Positions 10,346 through 16,972 of a DNA stretch of 32,000 nt are shown here, piece by piece. The position numbers were made by a program, and so were the translations under genes. Origin of the DNA: Megasphaera elsdenii DSM 20460 (GTDB taxonomy: Bacteria; Bacillota; Negativicutes; Veillonellales; Megasphaeraceae). The notes below the pieces were generated by a model. The model did not search any database. It saw only the letters and a program-made list of their open reading frames with translations, and was not told the origin of the DNA. Location of the stretch: NCBI RefSeq assembly GCF_003010495.1, contig NZ_CP027570.1:2130001-2162000 (forward strand), read 5' to 3'. How positions within the stretch are numbered: position 1 is the stretch's first letter; every line of letters begins with the position of its first letter.

Positions 10346-10370
10346 TTCCAGGACATCCCTGTATGGAATC

Positions 10371-10567
10371 GGAATACGATGCGGCGTTCCACCGCGATAA
10401 ATTCGAACTAACAACGACGCATCGGGGATACCCTCAGCGCGTAGCGGGCCGCCTTTACAGGACGGCCCCTACGATGGCCCCAATCGGGGCCTTTTTTTAC
10501 GAGCCGAGGGTCACTCGAGGCGATGTCGTCCGTTTGCATCTGTCGCCGCGCAGCGGCATTTGAGTCC
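10371..10567 (+). repeat. Structured GC-rich intergenic repeat, copy B (about 200 bp, long imperfect palindrome)
   Basis: Positions 10371-10474 are homologous to 780-878 (same 23-mer and 10-mer). The right end, 10538-10567, is an inverted copy of module M1 (24/29 matches to 780-808 when reverse-complemented). The element encloses the terminator at 10476-10498. Confidence 0.65.
10476..10498 (+). terminator. Intrinsic terminator (ends the DUF554 transcript, embedded in repeat B)
   Basis: GGCCCC (10476-10481), loop AATC, GGGGCC (10486-10491), then T7 (10492-10498). The stem is a perfect GC stem. Confidence 0.8.
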
Positions 10568-10588
10568 GGGGCGGCCTGTGACAGCGCC

Positions 10589-10617
10589 TTGCTTTTTCCC
10601 TTTCTTTTTGCTATACT
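10589..10617 (+). promoter_or_regulatory. Candidate promoter of the marR-RND operon
   Basis: TTGCTT (10589-10594), a 17 nt spacer, then TATACT (10612-10617). Confidence 0.6.
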
Positions 10618-10626
10618 ACAGATAGA

Positions 10627-10645
10627 TAGTTGAGCAAATCAACTA
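10627..10645. promoter_or_regulatory. Perfect palindrome, candidate MarR operator
   Basis: TAGTTGA-gcaaa-TCAACTA lies 10 nt downstream of the -10 element, covering the expected transcription start region. Confidence 0.5.
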
Positions 10646-10671
10646 ATTACAGAGAAAAGGGGATGCGGAGC

Positions 10672-11133
10672 GTGGATTATTTAAAGGTCAGCCATGATTT
10701 CAGCGTGATAAACCAGCGTTCGCAAGCCTATGTGACCGAGGCCTGTCGGCCGTGGAAGTTATCTTATTCGGAACACGTGACCCTCATGAGCCTGTACAGC
10801 AACGACGGCTGCCGGCAGCATGAGCTCTGTCAGGTCATGAAGGCCGATAAGGCTTTGGTGGCCCGCAATCTGAAATTGTTGGAAGAGAAGGGGTTCGTCA
10901 GCCGCCGTCAGCAGGGCGATGACCGGCGCTATAAATATCTCTATTTGACGCCGAAGGCCCTGGATTTACAGGATACGATGGAGGGCATCCTCAAGCGATG
11001 GGTCGAGATTCTCGTCCGAGGTATCGACGAGGTGACGCTGGACAAGGCGTTCCAGCTTATGCATCAGGTGGCGGACAATGCCGTCGAGGCGGAAGTGGCT
11101 CCGCTGGATCCGCAGAAGGAGATGAAAGTATGA
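10672..11133 (+). CDS. MarR family transcriptional regulator
   Basis: A winged-HTH region is present: HVTLMSLYSNDGCRQHELCQVMKADKALVARNLKLLEEKGFVSRRQQGDDRRYKYLYLTPKA. The start is uncertain. GTG 10672 sits 9 nt after AAAGGGG; ATG 10663 directly abuts that SD; the track's TTG 10630 falls inside the operator at about +1 and is unlikely. Confidence 0.85.
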   Translation: MDYLKVSHDFSVINQRSQAYVTEACRPWKLSYSEHVTLMSLYSNDGCRQHELCQVMKADKALVARNLKLLEEKGFVSRRQQGDDRRYKYLYLTPKALDLQDTMEGILKRWVEILVRGIDEVTLDKAFQLMHQVADNAVEAEVAPLDPQKEMKV

Positions 11134-12221
11134 AAGCATATTGGAAATATACGGCTGCAGCCATGGCCGTCGTGGCAGCCCTCAGCCTGACAGGCTGCGG
11201 CCAGCAGACGCAGCAGGCCGAACAGCCCCAGCTGGTCAAGGCCATCCAGGTCGGCAGCGAAAGGGCGGGTACGACGGCTGGAACCTATTCGGGGACCGTC
11301 AAAGGCCGTTACCAGAGTAATCTGTCCTTCCAGGCCGGCGGCCGCATTACGGCCCGCAACGTCCAGCTCGGCTCGCAGGTCCATGCCGGCGACGTCTTGA
11401 TGACGGTCGATCCGAAGGATATTGCTCAGGCTGTCAACCAGACGCAGGCCAAGGTCGACGCTGCTGCTGCCCAGCTCCAGCTGGCCCAATCCAATTTGAA
11501 CCGCTATCAGCAATTATACAATATGGATGCCATCAGTGCGTCCGTCCTGGACCAGTACCAGACGGCCTACGACCAGGCTTCGGCCCAGTATAACCAGGCC
11601 CTGGCTGCTCAACAGGCTCAGGAAAACCAGTTGTCTTATACACAGCTCACGGCCGATGCCGACGGCGTCATTTCAGCCGTATCGGCCGAAGTCGGGCAGG
11701 TCGTCGCGGCCGGTCAGACTGTGGTCACCCTGGTTCATTCAGGGGACTTGGAAGTCCAGGTCAACGTGCCGGAAAATAAATTGGCCGATTTCCCGGTGGG
11801 CAAGAACGTGACCGTCACTTTCTGGGCCCTCCAGAACCAGCAGGCTGCCGGCGTCGTCCGCGAAGTGGCGCCCATGGCCGATGCAGCGTCGCGGACGTAC
11901 CAGGTCAATATTTCCCTGCCCAATCCGCCGGACGGCATGCAGCTCGGCATGACGGCTACCGTGGCTAACGGCAGTGAACAGGCAGTGGCTGAAGATACCT
12001 TCGTCCTGCCCTTGGCCGCTATCTACCAGACCGGCGACACACCCCAGGTCTGGGTCGTCGGGGAGGACAAGACTTTGTCCCTGAAAGATGTGACTGTCCA
12101 GGATTTTGGCGATAATAGCGTCAAGGTCACGGGTCTCAGCCGCGGCGATGTCGTCGTCACAGCCGGGGTCCATATGCTCAGTGAATGTCAAAAAGTCCGC
12201 GTAGAGGGGGAAGATGAATGA
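11130..12221 (+). CDS. Efflux RND transporter periplasmic adaptor subunit (lipoprotein)
   Basis: The product starts MKAYWKYTAAAMAVVAALSLTGCG (lipobox L-T-G-C). It has a coiled-coil segment (QAKVDAAAAQLQLAQSNLNRYQQLY) and a beta-barrel C-terminus typical of HlyD/AcrA-family adaptors. The ATG overlaps the marR stop (ATGA). The track's extension back to 10998 overlaps marR and was rejected. Confidence 0.9.
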   Translation: MKAYWKYTAAAMAVVAALSLTGCGQQTQQAEQPQLVKAIQVGSERAGTTAGTYSGTVKGRYQSNLSFQAGGRITARNVQLGSQVHAGDVLMTVDPKDIAQAVNQTQAKVDAAAAQLQLAQSNLNRYQQLYNMDAISASVLDQYQTAYDQASAQYNQALAAQQAQENQLSYTQLTADADGVISAVSAEVGQVVAAGQTVVTLVHSGDLEVQVNVPENKLADFPVGKNVTVTFWALQNQQAAGVVREVAPMADAASRTYQVNISLPNPPDGMQLGMTATVANGSEQAVAEDTFVLPLAAIYQTGDTPQVWVVGEDKTLSLKDVTVQDFGDNSVKVTGLSRGDVVVTAGVHMLSECQKVRVEGEDE

Positions 12222-15200
12222 AAAATTTATCGGAAGTCTCTATTCATAACCGCGTCCTCGTCTGGTACTTCATCATCCTCATCGCCATTGCCGGTATCTT
12301 TTCCTACATGAAACTGGGACGTATGGAAGACCCGACGTATACGGTGCGGACCATGGTCGTTTCCGTCGCCTGGCCGGGAGCTACGGCAGAACAGATGCAG
12401 GAACAGGTGACGGACAAGATCGAAAAGAAACTGCAAGATACGCCGAACCTGGATTATATCAAAAGTTATTCCCGGCCCGGCCAGTCGGTCATCTACGTCT
12501 ATCTCGACGACAAGGCGCCGCGCGACAGTATCCGCAGCACGTGGCATGAAGTCCGCAATCTGACGGAAGACATGAAGAAGGACCTGCCTGAAGGCGTCTA
12601 CGGCCCGTATTATAACGACCGCTTCGATGACGTCTACGGTTCTATCTATGCCGTCACCGGCGATGGTTATTCTTATGAAGAACTGCGCCAGAAGGCCGAA
12701 AAGATACGCCGCATGATGATGTCCGTCGACGATGTCAGCAAAGTCGAACTGGTCGGCGAACAATCGGAAAAGGTCTATATCGAAGTGGCTAATTCCAAAT
12801 TGGCCGAACTGGGCATTGCGCCGACGACCATTGCCGATGCCGTCAAAGGCCAGAACCAGATGACGCCGGCCGGTATGGTCGATACTCAGTCGGATAACGT
12901 CTACCTGCGCCTGTCCGGTGTCTTTGAAGACGTCGAAGCCATCCGCAACCTGCCTATCAATGCCAATGGCCGCGTCTTCCGCCTGGGTGACATCGCCACG
13001 GTCGAACGGCGCTATACGGAACCGGCAGACCCGAAGATGTTCTACAACGGCAAACCGGCCGTCGGCATCGCCTTGTCCATGAAGAGCGGCGGCAATAACC
13101 TGAAGCTCGGTGAAAACCTGAAGAAATTGCAGGAAAGCGTCAAATCCGATTTGCCGGCAGGCATGGAAATCCACCAGGTATCGGACCAGCCGCAGGTCGT
13201 CAAAGAGTCCATCAGCGATTTTACCAATACCCTGCGCGAAGCTATCATCATCGTCCTCGTCGTCAGCTTCCTCAGCCTGGGCCTGCGGACGGGCCTGGTC
13301 GTCGCTTTCTGTATCCCTCTGGTCCTGACCGGCGTCTTCTGCGTCATGGAAGTGGCCGGCATCGACTTGCATAAAGTCTCTTTGGGGTCCCTCATCATCG
13401 CCCTGGGCCTCCTCGTCGACGACGCCATCATTGCCGTCGAAATGATGACCGTCCAGCTGGAGAAGGGCATGAACCGCGTCGATGCGGCCTGCTATGCCTT
13501 CAAGGCAACAGCCAAGCCCATGCTGACGGGGACGCTCATCACTTGCTCCGGCTTCATCCCCGTCGCCTTTGCCGACGGGGCGGCGTCGGAATTTTGTAAA
13601 GATTTGTTCCCTGTCATTACGGCGGCCCTGGTCTTGTCGTGGATCGTATCGGTCATGGTGGCGCCGCTCTTCGGCTATTACCTGATCAAGCCCAAGGTTG
13701 CCCAAGGGACGGAGCCGGAACCGTTGTACCAGAGCCGGTTCTACGTCTTCTTCCGCAAGGTCCTGACCTGGTGCCTGACTCATCGGGCCCTGGTCATCGG
13801 CGGGACAGCGGCCATGTTCATCTTGTCTGTCGGCTTGATGAAACTCATTCCCCAGGAATTTTTCCCACCCTCTCTCAGACCGGAACTCATCGTTGAAATG
13901 ACCCTGCCTGAAGGCTCGTCCATGCAGGCGACGCAGAAAGAAGCGGCCCGCTTTGCCCAGTATCTCGACAGCCAGCAGGAAAAACTCAAGGATTATTCGT
14001 ATTACGTCGGAGAAGGGGCGCCGCGCTTCGTCCTGACCATCGAACCGGTCCTGCCGGCCAACAACTACGCTCAGTTCGTCGTCGTCGCCAAGGATACCCA
14101 GACGAGGGAAGAATTGACGCAGTCCATCAAAGAAGAAATGGCCGATAAGTTCCCCAACGTCCGCTGCAACGTCAAGAACGTGCCCTTAGGGCCGCCGTCG
14201 GATTATCCCATTATGCTGCGCGTATCCGGCTACGATACGGATAAGGTCAAAGCCTATGCCCAGCAGATTGCGGCGCGCATTGCCAAGGACCCGAATACGG
14301 AAAATGTCTTCCTCAACTGGGATCAGAAGAATAAGATCATGCACGTCGACCTGGACCAGAATAAATTGCGGGCCATGGGCATTTCCGGCGAAGATATTGC
14401 CAAGACCTTGTATACAGAACTGTCCGGGGCCACAGTCGCACAATACTACGCAGCCGACAAGACCATCGGTATCCAGCTGCGTCTTCAGGACAGCGACCGT
14501 AATGACCTGGCCAAAATCAAGAGCCTGCCTGTCTACGTAGGCCCGGCCGGTTATGTGCCGCTGGAACAGATTGCCAACGTTTCCTATAAAGGTGAAGATG
14601 GACTCATCTGGCGCCGCGATTTGAAGCCGACCATCACCATCAACGGCGGCATCAAGTCCGGTACGGCTAACGATGCGACGCAGAAAGCCTACGATTCTAT
14701 CGCCGATATCCGGGAAAGCATGCCCTTTGGCTATACCGTCGAAGTCGACGGGGCCCTGGAAAACAGCCAGAAATCCCTGAAATACCTGATGGTGCCCGTG
14801 CCTATCATGATCATCATCATTATGACCCTGCTCATGTTCCAGCTCCGCAGTCCGTCGCTCATGTTCCTGGCCCTGATTACGGCGCCCATGGGACTTATCG
14901 GCGTTTCCTGGGGGATGCTCCTCTTCGGGAAATCCCTGGGCTTCGTCGCCGACTTGGGCATCCTGGCCCTGGGCGGCATGATCATCCGCAACTCCATTAT
15001 CCTCCTGGACCAGATCCAGAAGCATATGGCTGCCGGTGAGGACCCGTGGCACGCCGTCATCGACTCGGCGGTCATGCGCTTCCGGCCCATCATGCTCACA
15101 GCCGCTGCGGCCATTTTAGGCATGATTCCCCTCATGCGCAGCGTCTTCTGGGGCCCCTTGGCCGTTGCCATTGCCAGCGGCCTCTTCGTCGCCACCGTCC

Positions 15201-15262
15201 TGACCCTGCTGGTCCTGCCGACGATGTACGCTGCCTGGTTCAAAGTAAAAAGAACGAGCTAG
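12218..15262 (+). CDS. RND efflux permease (AcrB/HAE1 family)
   Basis: The 1014 aa product has 12-TM architecture with two large periplasmic loops. The N-terminus NRVLVWYFIILIAIAGIFSY and the ALGLLVDDAIIAVE motif are typical of AcrB-type pumps. The start overlaps the adaptor stop (ATGA). Confidence 0.95.
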   Translation: MKNLSEVSIHNRVLVWYFIILIAIAGIFSYMKLGRMEDPTYTVRTMVVSVAWPGATAEQMQEQVTDKIEKKLQDTPNLDYIKSYSRPGQSVIYVYLDDKAPRDSIRSTWHEVRNLTEDMKKDLPEGVYGPYYNDRFDDVYGSIYAVTGDGYSYEELRQKAEKIRRMMMSVDDVSKVELVGEQSEKVYIEVANSKLAELGIAPTTIADAVKGQNQMTPAGMVDTQSDNVYLRLSGVFEDVEAIRNLPINANGRVFRLGDIATVERRYTEPADPKMFYNGKPAVGIALSMKSGGNNLKLGENLKKLQESVKSDLPAGMEIHQVSDQPQVVKESISDFTNTLREAIIIVLVVSFLSLGLRTGLVVAFCIPLVLTGVFCVMEVAGIDLHKVSLGSLIIALGLLVDDAIIAVEMMTVQLEKGMNRVDAACYAFKATAKPMLTGTLITCSGFIPVAFADGAASEFCKDLFPVITAALVLSWIVSVMVAPLFGYYLIKPKVAQGTEPEPLYQSRFYVFFRKVLTWCLTHRALVIGGTAAMFILSVGLMKLIPQEFFPPSLRPELIVEMTLPEGSSMQATQKEAARFAQYLDSQQEKLKDYSYYVGEGAPRFVLTIEPVLPANNYAQFVVVAKDTQTREELTQSIKEEMADKFPNVRCNVKNVPLGPPSDYPIMLRVSGYDTDKVKAYAQQIAARIAKDPNTENVFLNWDQKNKIMHVDLDQNKLRAMGISGEDIAKTLYTELSGATVAQYYAADKTIGIQLRLQDSDRNDLAKIKSLPVYVGPAGYVPLEQIANVSYKGEDGLIWRRDLKPTITINGGIKSGTANDATQKAYDSIADIRESMPFGYTVEVDGALENSQKSLKYLMVPVPIMIIIIMTLLMFQLRSPSLMFLALITAPMGLIGVSWGMLLFGKSLGFVADLGILALGGMIIRNSIILLDQIQKHMAAGEDPWHAVIDSAVMRFRPIMLTAAAAILGMIPLMRSVFWGPLAVAIASGLFVATVLTLLVLPTMYAAWFKVKRTS

Positions 15263-15294
15263 GTTCATGGTTCGTGGCTCTCCTTATTACTCCA

Positions 15295-15328
15295 AAGGAG
15301 GTTGTCTTAATACGACAGCCTCCTTTTT
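15295..15328 (+). terminator. Intrinsic terminator of the RND operon
   Basis: AAGGAGGTTGTC (15295-15306), loop TTAATAC, GACAGCCTCCTT (15314-15325); the T run (15324-15328) overlaps the last two stem positions. The stem is 12 bp with one U-G pair. Confidence 0.8.
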
Positions 15329-15363
15329 GTCGTGCTGCCATACTCTAAAGACATTTCTAATAA

Positions 15364-15385
15364 TATGTGATAAGCATTTCACATA
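15364..15385. promoter_or_regulatory. 22 bp palindrome overlapping the -35 of the flavodoxin operon promoter
   Basis: The sequence is TATGTGA-taagcatt-TCACATA, with 7 bp arms. It has TGTGA/TCACA half sites like CRP/FNR-family boxes, but with an 8 nt rather than 6 nt spacer. Confidence 0.45.
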
Positions 15386-15406
15386 ACAGAAAATGGAAGG
15401 TATACT
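15378..15406 (+). promoter_or_regulatory. Candidate promoter of the flavodoxin-AKR-polyferredoxin operon
   Basis: TTCACA (15378-15383), a 17 nt spacer, then TATACT (15401-15406), in an AT-rich intergenic region downstream of the RND terminator. Confidence 0.55.
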
Positions 15407-15470
15407 ACAAGTATGATATTGCTTTAAGTATAGGCCATAGTGAATGTAAGAAAAAAAGGAGATGTCTATT

Positions 15471-16211
15471 ATGAGGAAGAAAGTATTAGGTCTTGCTTGT
15501 GCCATGATGATGACGGCGTTCCTGACGGCTTGCGGTATCAGTGATATTACGGGTAAGTCAAGTTCATCTGGTAATCTGAGTCAGAAAAAGCTCACGAATC
15601 CGACCGTATCTGCGTCGGTAGTCCATCACCCCCAGGGAAACCCGCATAAGATTCTCATTGCCTATTTTACGTATCCGGAAAATACGGATGCCAAGGCCAT
15701 TCATTCGGATAAGTACGACGTCATGAGTTCAGCCAGCCTGAAAGTCAAGGATGGCGTCGCTGTTGGCAATAATACGGTTATTGCTGATTATATCGCCAAC
15801 CAGACTGGCGGCGATTTATTCTCTATCCTGACGGAAAATCCCTATCCGACGAGTTATGAAGAAACTGTCGACCAAGGCAAGGCGGAAATTCAGAATCAGG
15901 AACTGCCTGCTTTGAAGAGTCATGTCGATGACCTCAGCGGCTACGATACGATTATCTTAGTTTATCCAAACTGGTGGAGCACCTTGCCAGCGCCGGTACA
16001 GTCGTTCCTGAAGGAAACGGATATGTCAGGAAAACAGGTCTACGCTATCGTCACATCCGGTGGCAGTGGGTTCTCCGACACCATCCAGAACATCCAGCAG
16101 ACTGAACCGGGGGCTTCGGTCCACGAAGGATTTGCCCTGCATCATAAGGACATGGATAAAGCTGAAGAAATGACCCAGCATTGGCTGAATCAAATGGGGT
16201 TCACACAGTAA
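15471..16211 (+). CDS. Flavodoxin-fold lipoprotein (Flavodoxin_4-like), paralogue 1
   Basis: The product starts MRKKVLGLACAMMMTAFLTACG (lipobox L-T-A-C) and contains ILIAYFTYPENTD, YDTIILVYPNWWSTLPAPVQSFL and GKQVYAIVTSGGSGF. I preferred the ATG at 15471 (AAAGGAG SD 9 nt upstream) over the ATG at 15462, which abuts the SD. Confidence 0.85.
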   Translation: MRKKVLGLACAMMMTAFLTACGISDITGKSSSSGNLSQKKLTNPTVSASVVHHPQGNPHKILIAYFTYPENTDAKAIHSDKYDVMSSASLKVKDGVAVGNNTVIADYIANQTGGDLFSILTENPYPTSYEETVDQGKAEIQNQELPALKSHVDDLSGYDTIILVYPNWWSTLPAPVQSFLKETDMSGKQVYAIVTSGGSGFSDTIQNIQQTEPGASVHEGFALHHKDMDKAEEMTQHWLNQMGFTQ

Positions 16212-16230
16212 GTAAAATGGAGGGATTCTT

Positions 16231-16956
16231 ATGAAATTGGTAAAAATCATGCGAGTTGTTTTCTTAGGGGCGGCTATGTTCCTGCTGACGGCCTGCGGCG
16301 AAACGGGAACTTCCGTGCAGAGCACGTCGGAAAATACAGCGTCGGCACCGGCTTCCGGCGTCTATGTGCCCAATCAGACGGGCAAGCCTATGTCGGAAGA
16401 CATCAAAGATGAATTGGAAAGCAAACATAAACAGGAAGCAGCTGCCATCAAGACCATCCAGGAAGAACCGAAGGGCAGCCATAAAGGCCAGCGCATCCTT
16501 ATCGCCTATTTCACCTGGGGCGGCCGGTCTGGTGAAGTGGCCCATATGATACAGGACAAAATCGGCGGTGACCTCTATGAAATCAAGCGCGACCCCGATT
16601 ACTCCCGCGATTACTCGACGGTCCTCAAAGAATCGGCGCAGGAAGTTGATGAAAATGTCCATCCCCAATTAGCCGGCACACAGCCCGACCTGTCGCAGTA
16701 CGATGTCATCGTCCTCGGCTATCCCTGCTGGTGGTTCACGGCGCCCATGACCATTCCGTCGTTCCTGGAAGGGAAAGATTTGGCAGGGAAACTCATCGTG
16801 CCCTACATGTGTTCCTATAGCAGCCCCTTTGAAGTCACCTTGCCGGCTCTGGCTGCCGCAGCTCCCGGTGCCCGCCTCTTTACGGGTCTGACCCTGGATA
16901 AAGATACGGATTACAGCGTCATCGATCCCTGGCTGGATAAGGCCGGATTGTTATAA
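16231..16956 (+). CDS. Flavodoxin-fold lipoprotein (Flavodoxin_4-like), paralogue 2
   Basis: The product starts MKLVKIMRVVFLGAAMFLLTACG (lipobox L-T-A-C) and contains ILIAYFTWGGRSGEVA, YDVIVLGYPCWWFTAPMTIPSFL and GKLIVPYMC. A GGAGGG SD lies 6 nt upstream. Confidence 0.85.
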   Translation: MKLVKIMRVVFLGAAMFLLTACGETGTSVQSTSENTASAPASGVYVPNQTGKPMSEDIKDELESKHKQEAAAIKTIQEEPKGSHKGQRILIAYFTWGGRSGEVAHMIQDKIGGDLYEIKRDPDYSRDYSTVLKESAQEVDENVHPQLAGTQPDLSQYDVIVLGYPCWWFTAPMTIPSFLEGKDLAGKLIVPYMCSYSSPFEVTLPALAAAAPGARLFTGLTLDKDTDYSVIDPWLDKAGLL

Positions 16957-16972
16957 GACAGGAGGAAGTAGG

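Noticed and set aside
10998-11129. N-terminal extension of the RND adaptor ORF overlapping the marR 3' end
   Set aside because: The extension overlaps marR in another frame and encodes an Arg/Gly-rich string. The internal ATG at 11130 gives a canonical lipoprotein signal peptide and an ATGA stop-start overlap with marR.
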